DNA from: Octopus bimaculoides
Lineage: Eukaryota
Direction: 5' to 3'
DNA: 64,000 nucleotides
NCBI RefSeq assembly: GCF_001194135.2
Contig: NC_068983.1
Span: 162,885,912 to 162,949,911 of the forward strand
Within the stretch, counting starts at the first letter, position 1. Every line of letters starts with the position of its first letter. Below are positions 1 through 11,680 of the stretch, in pieces. The notes below the pieces were generated by a model. That model searched no databases and was not told the origin of the DNA. It saw only the letters and a list, made by a program, of their open reading frames with translations. The position numbers and the translations under genes are program-made.

Positions 1-37
1 TCTAGTCGGATGAGTGAAGAATGACCTTATAAACACA

Positions 38-88
<51 letters not shown>

Positions 89-220
89 ATATATAATGGN
101 NNNNNNNNNNNNNNNNNNNNNNNNNNNNNNNNNNNNNNNNNNNNNNNNNNNNNNNNNNNNNNNNNNNNNNNNNNNNNNNNNNNNNNNNNNNNNNNNNNNN
201 NNNNNNNNNNNNCAACAATT

Positions 221-308
221 GTTTCGGCACATCTAGCATCGACTCCTCTCGTGAGACACTCAACAACTGGTCGAGGAGTATCCGGCTTCGCAGACGTATC
301 TCGTCGGG
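221..308 (-). ncRNA. Degenerate hammerhead-like core motif in the 3' region of the Penelope element
   Basis: Minus strand reads CCCGACGAG...(internal ACTCCTC/GAGGAGT stem)...CGAAAC, downstream of the GIY-YIG ORF. The core has CCGACGA instead of CUGAYGA, and the adjacent gap (100-212) hides the rest. Confidence 0.3.
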
Positions 309-559
309 TGATATATAAAAAAAAACAAACTCGTTAAAATGATTGTTCCATAATGTAAACTTTCTGTTTTGTAGAGAAAAAAACAGCCAGACGGAGGAAA
401 ATTCTTCATATATATAGAAGATCCAAAAAGAAAATTGCAGAAGACAAAAAGAGAAACGAACACTTAATCCAGCGAGAAAAGTAATGAAAATAACCGTTAA
501 CAGATATGTATGAATAAACGCCCTCGGGCAAGCTGCATGGCACGAGTACACACGTTCAT

Positions 560-983
560 ACAAGTATTAGCAAAAATGTGAGCATACGCACATGCGAGGT
601 TAGGCGCACTCATGATTACAAAGTTAGATATTTAGTAGGTGTTTAGAAGAACGGGGAGGTTTAAGTATCTTTTCGTTAGTCCACAAAATAGACAGGAATT
701 CCTCGGAGCAGAGACGGCAGCTCCTGGAAATTGCACTGTATGGTTTTGCATATCTAACTATGGACCAAGTAATGTAGTATTTCGTATTAGCCTCCTTCAG
801 TCGGCATATAAAATCTGCCGAAGATATTGAATGTCTCTTATTGATTGACCTAAAGCTGGCAACATGATTACGATAACGATTCTTAAATGAATCAGCCGTC
901 TGTCCAATGTAATCATGAGACCCTCCCCTTGTATGCACGGTACATTTATATACAAGATTTGTACTCATACAGAGATTCATCAA
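560..983 (-). mobile_element. Penelope-like element, GIY-YIG endonuclease C-terminal remnant
   Basis: ORF 624-983: LVYKCTV...YIGQTADSFKNRYRNHVASF...ITWSIVRYAKPYS...CRLCSEEF, the typical PLE GIY-YIG plus CxLC pattern. Confidence 0.85.
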
Positions 984-1266
984 AGGACATTTTGATTTCT
1001 CTCTGCATGAGCATTTATCGTATTTATTTGTATATAAAGTAGTCCTGACTCCATTTACCAGCGTTGTTATCGTGCTAGCTGTACTATGAGTATTTCCACT
1101 ACTACAAATTGGTCAAAATTGATGATTATCAATGCGGTTTAAATCCCCTTGGTTGGCGTTTAGATATAAATGCTTGCTAGATCCAGTAGGTGGGTTATCG
1201 AACCTTTGTCGCATTTTGCTATTGTTTATGCGATGCATAAGCTGCCCCAAATTAGAGAGATAGAGA

Positions 1267-1451
1267 GAGAAAAGGAGGCAGTCAGAATTTTGGATAATTC
1301 ATTATTAACGCTTTCATTCGTTAACCGAACTCTTCAAGAAATTAAAACCAAAATGATAATTTTGGTTTTAATTTTTGTCTTGAAGAGTTCGGTTAACGAA
1401 CGAAAGCGCTAATAAAGAATTATCCAAAATTATGACTGCCTCCTTTTTCTC
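1267..1451. mobile_element. Palindromic (fold-back) MITE
   Basis: Arms gagaaaaggaggcagtcagaattttggataattc... and ...gaattatccaaaattatgactgcctcctttttctc pair over nearly the full length. A related half copy lies at about 36789-36880. Confidence 0.8.
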
Positions 1452-1482
1452 AATATGCAATATCTGTACATCACTTTAAACA

Positions 1483-1542
<60 letters not shown>

Positions 1543-1544
<2 letters not shown>

Positions 1545-1689
1545 TGAAGACTGAATATCTCTCCACCTTGAAAACGGAGGCCGGGTCTACCCATTGTTTG
1601 TATGCCTCCATTACGGGCTGCATATTTTTGTGAACTACATCTGCCATCATTATGAAGTAACTCCGAGCTCTCAGAAACAGCCGTCGGAC
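1543..1689 (-). CDS. Candidate internal exon D of unidentified minus-strand gene (147 nt)
   Basis: Acceptor ggtgttacag, donor AAG|gtgtgt, length a multiple of 3. Open in phase 1 (RPTAVSESSELLHNDGRCSSQKYAARNGG...) and phase 0 (VRRLFLRARSYFIMMADVVHKN...). Confidence 0.65.
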
Positions 1690-1977
1690 CTGTAACACCA
1701 TACATTTCCCCCTTCAGTTTTATCTGTCTTCGTACTCTATGTGAGTTTGCTCTCTTCATATATAAATATCTTTATATTTATACTCGATTATTCACCGTCG
1801 GAAAATGTTCAGTCTTTGCTTTCTGTCTACTTACATGTATGTATGTATGTATGTATGTATGTATGTATGTATAGTTTGTATATCTAACCCAAACAATTTT
1901 ATCTGTTTATTTGCATCATTATATCTCTCTCCATCACACAGACACAGACACACATACGCACACGCATACACACACAC

Positions 1978-2021
<44 letters not shown>

Positions 2022-2700
2022 GTAATTAGATATATTCTCTGTATGGTCTATGTAGCCTCAAATTGTTCATTCTAACTGCGTTAGTGGGTCACGTGATTAA
2101 ATGTAAGATGGTGGATATTAATGGCTGCGTTCGTTCGTGACTGAGAGTGTAAGGCCTCTAACTTTATGGACCTTATTGTGCGTAGCTTAACCTCAACCGA
2201 TCAATTGAAAGAGTCAAAGATCAATATTTAATTTCCTAACGACACGTCTGAAACCTTGGATGACTCATATATTGGCTAATCGAATTATTACGTGTATGGA
2301 CATATTTACTGAGGTTGTTTGTCCACAGAACTTTATATAAGAACCATGAATGCGCCGAAGAGAATTTATCAAACACAGTTATCTTTATCTTATAGATTTT
2401 TCGTTTGTACTTGTTCCAGTCATTGGACGGCAGCCATGCTGGAGCACTGCCTTTAGAGTTTTTTTTGTGGAACAAATTGACTTCAGTGTTTATTTTCTTG
2501 TCTGGTACTTATTCCATCGATTTCTTTTGGTGAGCCACTATGTTATGCCATGTGGACGTAAACAATCCAACACCGGCTTGTCAAGTGGTGGGGCAAAGAC
2601 ATACACAAATGCATACACACACATATGTATATATATATATATATATTATGTGTTTGAATATATATATATATATATGTATATATATGTATATATGTATATA

Positions 2701-2751
<51 letters not shown>

Positions 2752-2928
2752 CCCTAACTCTTTGAAACGCTTAGTTCAGTATGGTGGCAGCTGATGAAGG
2801 AAATGTTCTCTATGTGGCCTGGTGTGTTTTCTGTGCTCTGTTTATGTTTTGTTTTTCATTTTGTCCACGTTTTTTTGTGACGTCCTGTACGCAGATATGC
2901 ATTATTATACATGTTCATTATTTGTCGG

Positions 2929-3310
2929 GCATATTTTGATGTTATTTGCCAGTCATATTATGATGTTGTTATTTGCCAAGCATATTTTGATGTTATTTGC
3001 CAGTCATATTATGATGTTGTTATTTGCCAGGCATATTATGATGTTATTTGCCAAGCATATTATGATGTTATTTGCCAAGCATATTATGATGTTATTTGCC
3101 AAGCATATTATGATGTTATTTGCCAGGCATATTATGATGTTATTTGCCTGTCAAAATATGATCGTATTTACCAGACATATGACATTGTTATTTTCCGGAC
3201 ATATGATGTTATTTGCCAGGTATATTATGATGTTATTTACAGGGCATAAAATGATGTTTTTATTTGCCGGGAATATTTTGATGTTATTTGTCTGGCATAT
3301 TATGATGTGG
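2929..3310. repeat. 24-bp minisatellite (gcatattatgatgttatttgccaa), about 15 units
   Basis: Tandem units are directly visible and explain ORFs 2822-3319 and 2911-3249. Confidence 0.95.
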
Positions 3311-5073
3311 TTTGTATAGAAATAATCTTTTCTTGTGCCTTGATTGTTCATAAAACGAAATAGTTAGGTGCAGAGGTTGTTTTTTTTGTAGGTTTCTCTC
3401 TAGGTGTTCATTGTTCTATTAGCACTTTGTTTAGCACTTATAAACTCGAACTCTTGTGCTTTTTTTATGGAATCTTTTTTGTGGACGGTGTATTTAGGAA
3501 TATTTCTTCAATTCTGTTTCAAACATGGGTGTCTTACAATGTGTTATCTTGGCTCTGTGGATATATGCATAAGTAGATTTAAAACTACATGCTCTTCAAG
3601 ATTTCATTCAGATAATATTGCGCGAGAACATTCCTAGTGAGCACTGTCCTTGATCCAGGGAGATATTAAACAATTCTTTAAGTGACATTGGTAGTAACAA
3701 GGATTAAGAGTGGATTGATTATCCCAACTGGATTTTACCCCAGTTAAAGATATTCCAGGCAAATGGTAGACATTAAATAAGAACTGGTGTAAGGAAACAC
3801 GATTTAGTTTTAGAATTGTTAGTAATTATAGATTTCAAACCAAGAAGTCTGTCGCTTCTAGAATGTTCGAAATGGCAACATTCTGCAATGCGAAATGTTG
3901 TCGGAAAATGTGGAAATCGATAAAATAGGAAATATTATGGCGGTATATCATTAAACTGTTATTAGACAATATAAATATTAACACAAATAATAGATATGAA
4001 CTGTTGAGTAACGTTAAGTAGTGAAAGGAAGGAACAGAAAAAGAAAAGTAAAAAGAAACCACTGCGTTTCTCTAAATGTACGCACCCACATAGACATACA
4101 TACGGATATGTATGTATGTATGTCTGCGCGTGTATGTGTGTACGTGTCTAAATGAATGCGTTGGGCCTTCAGAAAGAACCATATCGGTGGAACATGTCAC
4201 CTAATTGGCATGTTGTTATAATGGGATAAGTTTCCAAGAAAGTGAAAAATGAATGAAACCGTTCAGATATTTGGAATGTTAATGGCGGCCATTATGAAAT
4301 AACGAGGGAGATATTCAATATAGATGAGTTATGAAGAGACGCGAATATATTATGGAACAATCATGGTGTAACAATATATAAAAACCGGGTTAGTTTTATG
4401 ATATATAATTTCTTTCTGAGGCAATTGTGCTTCCATTGTAAACTCTTCATTTCTAACATTCATCAACGTACATTGAATTATGTGAAAACCAATATACGAG
4501 GAGAAATTTAATAATGTCGCGAAACACATACGGCATTATATTCATACTCTTTTTAAATAAATTAGAAAAATATGAGAAACGTTATCATCAAAGTTGTATG
4601 CGTTGGTCGCAATATCAAATTCCTCTTTTGTGTTCCTAAAACATGAACTTTTATCGAACAACCAATGCATATTTAGGATTAATAGTCCCACCTATTTACA
4701 AGTAATTGGTTTTATTGAATTAATGAAGCTTTAGAAATAGAATTTCAGGGCTTTTCTGAACATTACTACGCTTAGTCGGAAGGCGACTGAATGTCGAGTT
4801 CGGTGGCTTTAACCATATTTCAATAATAATATCCACAAAAGGATGATCTATTATGTGTATGGTATAATGGTTAGAATCACAATTAACTCGATAATTACAA
4901 CTTCTTTGAGATTTAGTTTTATGGATTCGTTAATATTTCAAGCAAATTGATAAGTGTTGACATAAAGGGTAGATCCCTCAGTGAATAAACTGTGATAACG
5001 AAACAGGACCCGAACTCATGGCTACACGCTGAGGTGAGACAATCTCCGCACTATGCTAACGTCGTCATCTAGC

Positions 5074-5530
5074 AGACTCGTTAGCACGTCGGACAAATTG
5101 CTTAGCGGCATTTCTTCCGGCTCTTTACGTTGTGTTGATTTTGCTCCCCATCCTTTTGGATCGATAAAATAAAGTGCCCCCCTCCCAAGTACGGGGATTG
5201 ACATAATAAATTTCCTCTCCTGGAATTTCTGGCCTTGTATCAAGACTTGAAACCATTATTATATCTATTACATAAGGCGGTGAGCTGGCAGAATCGTTAG
5301 CACGCCGGGTGAAATGCTCAACAGTATTTCGTCTGTCTTTACGTACTGAGTTCAAATTCAGCCGAGGTTGACTTCGCCTTTCATCCTTTCGGGGTCGATA
5401 AATTAAGTACCAGTTTCGTCCTGGAGTCGATCTAATCGACTGCCCACCCCACAAATTTCAGGCCTTGTGCCTATTGTGGAAAAGATTATTATATCTATTA
5501 CATAAAGCGGGGAGCTGGTAGAATTGTTAG
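5074..5530 (+). mobile_element. Tandem cluster of tRNA-derived SINE family A; full copy 5276-5484 with 21-bp TSD
   Basis: Head ggcggtgagctggcagaatcgttagc, B-box gagttcaaattc, core gactt(c/t)gcctttcatcctttcggggtcgataaa. TSD attattatatctattacataa at 5255-5275 and 5485-5505. Confidence 0.9.
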
Positions 5531-5815
5531 ATTTCAAAGACGGCATATGGCTGCTCAGTTTTTGCTAAACGATCGGCATCAATGATTTGTTTTAAAATGA
5601 TCAAATGTATGTGCTGCACATTAGCTCACTCTTTTAATCAACTCGACGTTACCTGAACAGGTGCAAAGTGTAACCATACGTCAAGTGTCGAATCGCAGAT
5701 TAACGTGAGATGAAGTGTTTGGCTCAAAAACACAAAACACTACCTGGTCCAGGAATTGAAACTGTGATCTCGTAATCGTGGGTGCAACTCCCTAACCTCT
5801 AGGCCATGCACCCTC
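5530..5815 (-). mobile_element. tRNA-derived SINE family C, decayed
   Basis: Reverse-strand head with A/B-box-like motifs, similar to the copies at 18760-19010 and 44720-45135. Confidence 0.6.
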
Positions 5816-5861
<46 letters not shown>

Positions 5862-5957
5862 ATATAGAATACAGGTTTACTATAGATTTTCGGCAATGCA
5901 TGCGCAGTGATATGCAGTGTCCGGCCAGAGTTAACTGCGCGATACCTACACATGTGT

Positions 5958-6400
5958 CTCCTACCGACTTTGTTTCTTCATAGCTTTCGGAAAAATGGGT
6001 ATTTTTTAATGAAATGTTTTTACAAATATACTTCAGATGGTGTTGATTTCCATTATATCAGAATTTTTTTGAAAATAAGAAAAATTTCCAAAAAATATAA
6101 TGTGTGTCAGTATGTATGTGTGCTATCCCACCAATTATATTTTCATATTAAATTCCAATATTATCATAATCTACACACTCTGAAAAGCATTTGTCGAAAT
6201 TTTCATTTAAAAACACCTATTTTCAGAAAGTTATGAGGAAACAAAGCCGACTCACATGAATTTTCTGAAATTTCTCTCTCCACTTTCCCGAAAACATTTT
6301 TCACAACAAGTTCAGATATAGTCGGAAGCATATTTGTTGAAAATTTCATTAAAAAATATCCATTTTTCTGGAAGTCATGAAGAAACAAATTCGGTGGGAT
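5958..6400. mobile_element. MITE-like element with about 70-bp inverted arms and an extra internal arm copy
   Basis: tttgtttcttcatagctttcggaaaaatgggtatttttaatgaaa (about 5969) is inverted at about 6324-6395, with a third related copy at about 6185-6260. Confidence 0.7.
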
Positions 6401-6788
6401 ACTTTTGTGTATCTATCTTATTACTTTATCATTAGTAACAATAAAATTACATTACTACATATCAGCTTCCTTCGATTCACTTTCATTTTGTATGTATCAA
6501 AACTTAATTATATTACTGCATGTTATATATAAACAAAGAATATACCTCTCTCGTTCGGTTTGCATCAAAAGGGCGACAGTAGTGTGGAGGAAAATTTTCA
6601 CTAAACATAAATGTAAATAGGATTACAGTAGTTACGATGATATTGTGTTTGATAACGAATACTAGCTCTATTAAAATGCATACATATATCTATTATAAAA
6701 TTTATTGGTAGTAATTAGGTAATAATTTTTCATTGCTATATTAAAACACGTTTTCATAACATAATTGCATTTCATCTTATACCCCTAC

Positions 6789-6881
6789 GTTTTCCATTAT
6801 TGATGCTCGAACTTGATTCATGTTGCATGCCTTGCCAGCATTCTTCCACAACCAGGCCATATGTATGCTTACGCATATACA
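6789..6881 (-). CDS. Candidate exon C (93 nt)
   Basis: Acceptor tatatttttacag, donor AAC|gtaggg. Phase 1: (V)YMRKHTYGLVVEECWQGMQHESSSSINNGK. Phase 0 is also open. Confidence 0.6.
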
Positions 6882-6960
6882 CTGTAAAAATATATGATAT
6901 AATAATATCAAACCAATGTAAAACATACTATCTTAAAGATAGACTGTTCACACTAGTGTG

Positions 6961-6997
<37 letters not shown>

Positions 6998-7479
6998 GAT
7001 AAGGATCGCTTACGAGTAAGGCGGTTTCCTAGTTTCTCTCAAGGTGGTTTCTCCAGATTCTATGGCGCATATATTCTTTACCGGACGAGACGTCGGTCCG
7101 TCGCAAGATTACTCATTATTGCCAGTTGAGTGAACCGTCACCAGGTATAGGAATGGAAACCACAATATTACGAGGATGAGTCTAACACACTAACCCCTAA
7201 CCCACGTGCCTCCACAGCCAATAACTGTTATAGTAACTATAAAAATAATAATTCTTCTAATACTTCTGCTTTGCATCAAGTTTTGTTGCGCACAACCTTT
7301 GGAATAATCTGTTGGTTTAAGATTCCTTTTCTTCCTGTTCTTTTCATGCACTGCCACTATAATTGTAAATCTTCCGGCCAGCATAACCGATATACTTTTC
7401 TCAGTTTTATATATTTTTAAATATTTTATTTGCAACTACTGTCATTTAAAAGTTCAGCTTAAACATTAGCCGTACTAAC

Positions 7480-7559
7480 CTTCTCCATACGAAGCTCTCT
7501 CCCGGTTTAGGAGGCCATATAAATTCTGCAAACGCCATCTTAGATTCTCATAGTAAAAA
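7480..7559 (-). CDS. Candidate exon B (80 nt, phase 2 to 1)
   Basis: Acceptor gattttcattatag, donor AAG|gttagt. Encodes FYYENLRWRLQNLYGLLNRERASYGE and is phase-compatible with exons A and C. Confidence 0.65.
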
Positions 7560-8279
7560 CTATAATGAAAATCAACAACGAAATGGTTGACCAGTCATTA
7601 TGGACAAGAAGTTAGTTAAAATACTTTAGCTTCAGTCAGCCGTGTAGTCATGTCGTTTTATAGGCATTAAAATGATTTAGAAACCAACGAAAATATAAAT
7701 ATTATATCACAAATATTTATTTCTTTTATTAATCATGTGAATAGCTGTGTCGGCAGTAAAATCATTGCATCCTAGTCTTTGTCTACAGTAGCGTATTGTT
7801 CATAGAAACAAACGATATTAATTAGTGTATCGCAAAGTTTATTAAAGTGAATAGTAGACGAGGTTTTTCCCGGAGAACCCTTTCAGTTCAGCAGATATCT
7901 TCTATTATGCAGTGAATCGTATCTAGCAGCAAAACAATAGATAATTATCCCCAGCGAAAATCAGACATCACAGTCACCGGTTGGATGCGGAACAAGTTAA
8001 CGCCACAAAGTATTAACAGTATTAGAAGCAGCTTATGTAATAAATGAAGCTAGGTGAACAGGTCAGATGAATTGTGTTTGGAAGGAAGATGTAAAGTCAG
8101 AGACAATCGATTCTTTAAACAAAACTGCTGATCTCACGAAACAAATATTAACCCTTTGACTTCGTTTTTATATCGGTGACTACTAAAGGTTAATCTACCA
8201 GAAAGAACATTGGTGAGTTTTTCTATGTGATAAGAAATTTCAGAATTTACTAACTTTAGGTCAGTTAAGAACTACTTAC

Positions 8280-8317
8280 CAGGGAATTTCAACAAAGCAC
8301 TCCGTAAAAATGTTCAT
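8280..8317 (-). CDS. Candidate exon A (38 nt, phase 0 to 2; alternative acceptor extends it to 8356)
   Basis: Consensus donor CTG|gtaagt, acceptor tgtctcag. Encodes MNIFTECFVEIP, and TG+T joins in frame to exon B. Confidence 0.55.
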
Positions 8318-9024
8318 CTGAGACATTATACAGTATTTACACAAATTAATGTACAACTAGATCAGAAGGAAATACATTAAAATATTGGACTAAATTACAT
8401 AAAAATACACAAATAAATTAAGAGAGATGTTTGAGTGTGCTTGTATTTCTATTCGTGACCTCTTAACAATTAGTTATCTCTGTCTCTCATTTTCTCTCAA
8501 TGTATGTCATTGTTCAGTTTTATTTCAAGATTTTTTGCCAATAGAGAAAAAGCCGGTTTCTAACCTTGATCCAGGGCTCCTTCATTGGAATTTTAACATA
8601 AACAACAGGGTTATGTATGTATGTATTGTATGTATGTATTGTATGTATGTATTTTCATTGTATGAAAAATGTTTTAAAAACTGTTTTTTTAGAATCCCCT
8701 CTCCCTCATCATCCCACTCCGGACCTATTTTAGCAAATTTTTTTCACTTCAGAACCATGGGAAGAGCATTTTCGGTAAAAAATAAAAATAAAATTGTTAA
8801 TATTCAGAGGGAAAAGTGAGTGATTTAAGGGCAATTTGGCTGTTGTGTCTAGCACATTAAAAGACAACCCTCGTTTCTTTATCACACCCGCATGTATTGG
8901 TGTTTTTCAATACTTTTCTCCCCATAGATACAATGTTTTTTATAGCATATAAATGCTATAAAAAAAGAATTGACAAATTACGAACTTTTTGCAACACCAT
9001 AATATATATATCTATATCTATATA

Positions 9025-9061
<37 letters not shown>

Positions 9062-9064
<3 letters not shown>

Positions 9065-9750
9065 AGCATTGGTCATAGAACAAATATTATTAAAATGAGT
9101 TAACGACTTTATATACGGTATCAAACCTCTCTAACATACATCATATATAAATAAGTATTACCATGGCTGGCATAATGTATAAATCAAAATATCAAATATA
9201 TAACACATACAAATACAGAAAACCACCAAGGTAAAAATATACATATATGCAGAGAAAAAAAAACACGTATGGCGATGTGCTTCCGAAATGGCCATTGATG
9301 ATGTGTTTAATTTAATTGGTGAATCCTTACTCTTGAACTATTATATTCTTTGTGCACGTATTTTTTGATTAGGAAAAAAATTACTCATGGATTATTACCT
9401 TTTGGTGTGAGTGAAGTAAATTTAATTTTTTGTCGATTTATTCTTTATTTGTTTACCCGCTTTCTCAACTTTTTCAGCATGACATATTTTTAGTATTTTA
9501 AAGTATTTCATAAATTTTTAGTCGTCTTTCGATGGGACGTTCCTATACGTGTTTTTTCCGCATATATGTTTATGTTCTTTTTACCTGGGTGGTTTTCTGT
9601 ATTTGTATGTGTTATATATTTTATATTTTGATTTATATATTATGAAAGCCATGGTAATATTTATTTATATATGATCTATGTTGGAGGTTTCATACCGTAT
9701 ATAAAGTCGTTAAATCATTTCAATGTTTGTTCTATGACCAATGTTTAATT
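9062..9750. mobile_element. Fold-back element with about 210-bp inverted arms and about 275-bp spacer
   Basis: 9062-9270 and 9545-9750 are reverse complements with scattered mismatches, e.g. taacgactttatatacggtat versus ataccgtatataaagtcgtta. Confidence 0.85.
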
Positions 9751-9852
9751 ATCCTTGCCTCATTTATTTGACCACTTCTTTTTTTGCAGTCCTATTAACT
9801 CTTTGTCTCTTTTGAAAGAAACAATAGTTATACTTGACTATTATATATATAT

Positions 9853-10416
9853 NNNNNNNNNNNNNNNNNNNNNNNNNNNNNNNNNNNNNNNNNNNNNNNN
9901 NNNNNNNNNNNNNNNNNNNNNNNNNNNNNNNNNNNNNNNNNNNNNNNNNNNNNNNNNNNNNNNNNNNNNNNNNNNNNNNNNNNNNNNNNNNNNNNNNNNN
10001 NNNNNNNNNNNNNNNNNNNNNNNNNNNNNNNNNNNNNNNNNNNNNNNNNNNNNNNNNNNNNNNNNNNNNNNNNNNNNNNNNNNNNNNNNNNNNNNNNNNN
10101 NNNNNNNNNNNNNNNNNNNNNNNNNNNNNNNNNNNNNNNNNNNNNNNNNNNNNNNNNNNNNNNNNNNNNNNNNNNNNNNNNNNNNNNNNNNNNNNNNNNN
10201 NNNNNNNNNNNNNNNNNNNNNNNNNNNNNNNNNNNNNNNNNNNNNNNNNNNNNNNNNNNNNNNNNNNNNNNNNNNNNNNNNNNNNNNNNNNNNNNNNNNN
10301 NNNNNNNNNNNNNNNNNNNNNNNNNNNNNNNNNNNNNNNNNNNNNNNNNNNNNNNNNNNNNNNNNNNNNNNNNNNNNNNNNNNNNNNNNNNNNNNNNNNN
10401 NNNNNNNNNNNNNNNN
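9853..10416. other. Assembly gap (others: 100-212, 12712-12721, 24727-24736, 35235-35867, 39000-39857, 45538-45547, 46041-46254, 52430-52977, 53442-53637, 62486-62834)
   Basis: Runs of N, mostly flanked by (TA)n; they generate the X-rich ORFs. Confidence 1.
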
Positions 10417-10478
<62 letters not shown>

Positions 10479-10863
10479 TCAATTAGAAGTTAAACTAGCC
10501 TCATTAAGGGATGGCATCATATTATCCATTGCCCACTAAAAACAACCTATAACTCCTTAATCCGGGCATAGACCGATATTAGCCATAAAATAATACTGTC
10601 TGCTGCGATGATTCTAAAATACAAAACATGAAAAAAACTTAACGGGATATCTTTTTCTTCTACTCTCCTGAAGAGATATTGCCTAATATAATGATTTTAA
10701 TAATTGCTATTTAATCTTTTAGGCTTAATTGAAACAGCTGTAAGGGACTATGTTTGATTTTTGTAGATAATGAATTTTTATTAAATGCTACATCTCCATT
10801 CTCTTATTTTATTTTGAATAAGTGTATATATATATATATACAAACGCACTAACACACACATAC

Positions 10864-11006
10864 TTGGATAGATATAGTCGGGTACCCAATACTTCATCCA
10901 ATTAATGTCCAACGGGTTGGTGTTTGAGGGTCCGCCATTGAAATACTTGTCAGTTTGACACGGCTGACGTTGTTTACAGCTGTCAGCAATATCTATCTGA
11001 CGATAA
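10864..11006 (-). CDS. Candidate exon E (143 nt, phase 2 to 1; alternative acceptor at 10996)
   Basis: Donor CAA|gtatgt. Encodes YRQIDIADSCKQRQPCQTDKYFNGGPSNTNPLDINWMKYWVPDYIYP. Only one frame is open and the pyrimidine tract is weak. Confidence 0.6.
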
Positions 11007-11583
11007 CTATTACCGAATCAATGATACCTGGGTTTTGTTCAGGAATATATTGCGGTGTCGATGACAGGAATTAAATTGTCAAATCTTTAGTCTCGAGCTT
11101 GACATATCAACTCGTGGAGCCGAACAGAAACAAAATAATGTAAAGAGTAACAACCTTTTATACACGACAGGCTGAACTTGACTTTCTGTCAGGCTTCAAA
11201 ACGTTTAATGAAATCGTTTTCTCATTTTTTATTTTTTAAATATTCTTTCTAGAATGTCAGTAAATAGATATTTTGTACGAAATTAGCTTGATAATTCAAT
11301 GAAAAAGAAAGATGACAACATCTCTATTCTATCTATATCTCGGTGTTATATTAAAATTCTACTGTTGAAAGGAAAAAAAGCAACAAACAAACAAAACCAT
11401 TTCTGAAGAATTGTGATGTAAAACCTCGCAGTTACCGTCTTCTTTCTGTCACAATAATCGGTAAATAAGATAAATATTTAACAAATTGTTGATGGAACTC
11501 TATCGCAAATATCATTAATAACAACAGCAACGATAATATTAATGGTTTCAAATTTTGTCACAAGGCCAGCAATTGTTCTTGTA

Positions 11584-11666
11584 AAATAAGTAACAAGGAT
11601 GTCCAGGTATTAGTGCATTACAGCCGTTTCAATGCACTAATGCTGGGACATCCTTGTTACTTATTT
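11584..11666. ncRNA. 83-nt near-perfect hairpin (pre-miRNA-like or tiny MITE)
   Basis: 36-bp arms aaataagtaacaaggatgtcc...tagtgcatt with 3 mismatches and an 11-nt loop. Confidence 0.4.
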
Positions 11667-11680
11667 GCTTTTTTATTCAC

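Noticed and set aside
2755-2810. Type II hammerhead (GAAAC...CTGATGA)
   Set aside because: Stems I and III cannot be formed convincingly.
2822-3319. 165-aa FAKHIMML repeat protein
   Set aside because: It is a translation of the 24-bp minisatellite with no splice or start context.
3400-3740. LINE RT-like peptide LKELFNISLDQG (-)
   Set aside because: Similarity is too short and is interrupted by stops.
7480-7538. ATG-initiated first exon MAFAEFIWPPKPGESFVWR with a YY1-like AAGATGGCG motif
   Set aside because: It ends in phase 2, which hits a stop within a few codons in exon C and in exon D. The internal-exon reading fits both neighbours.
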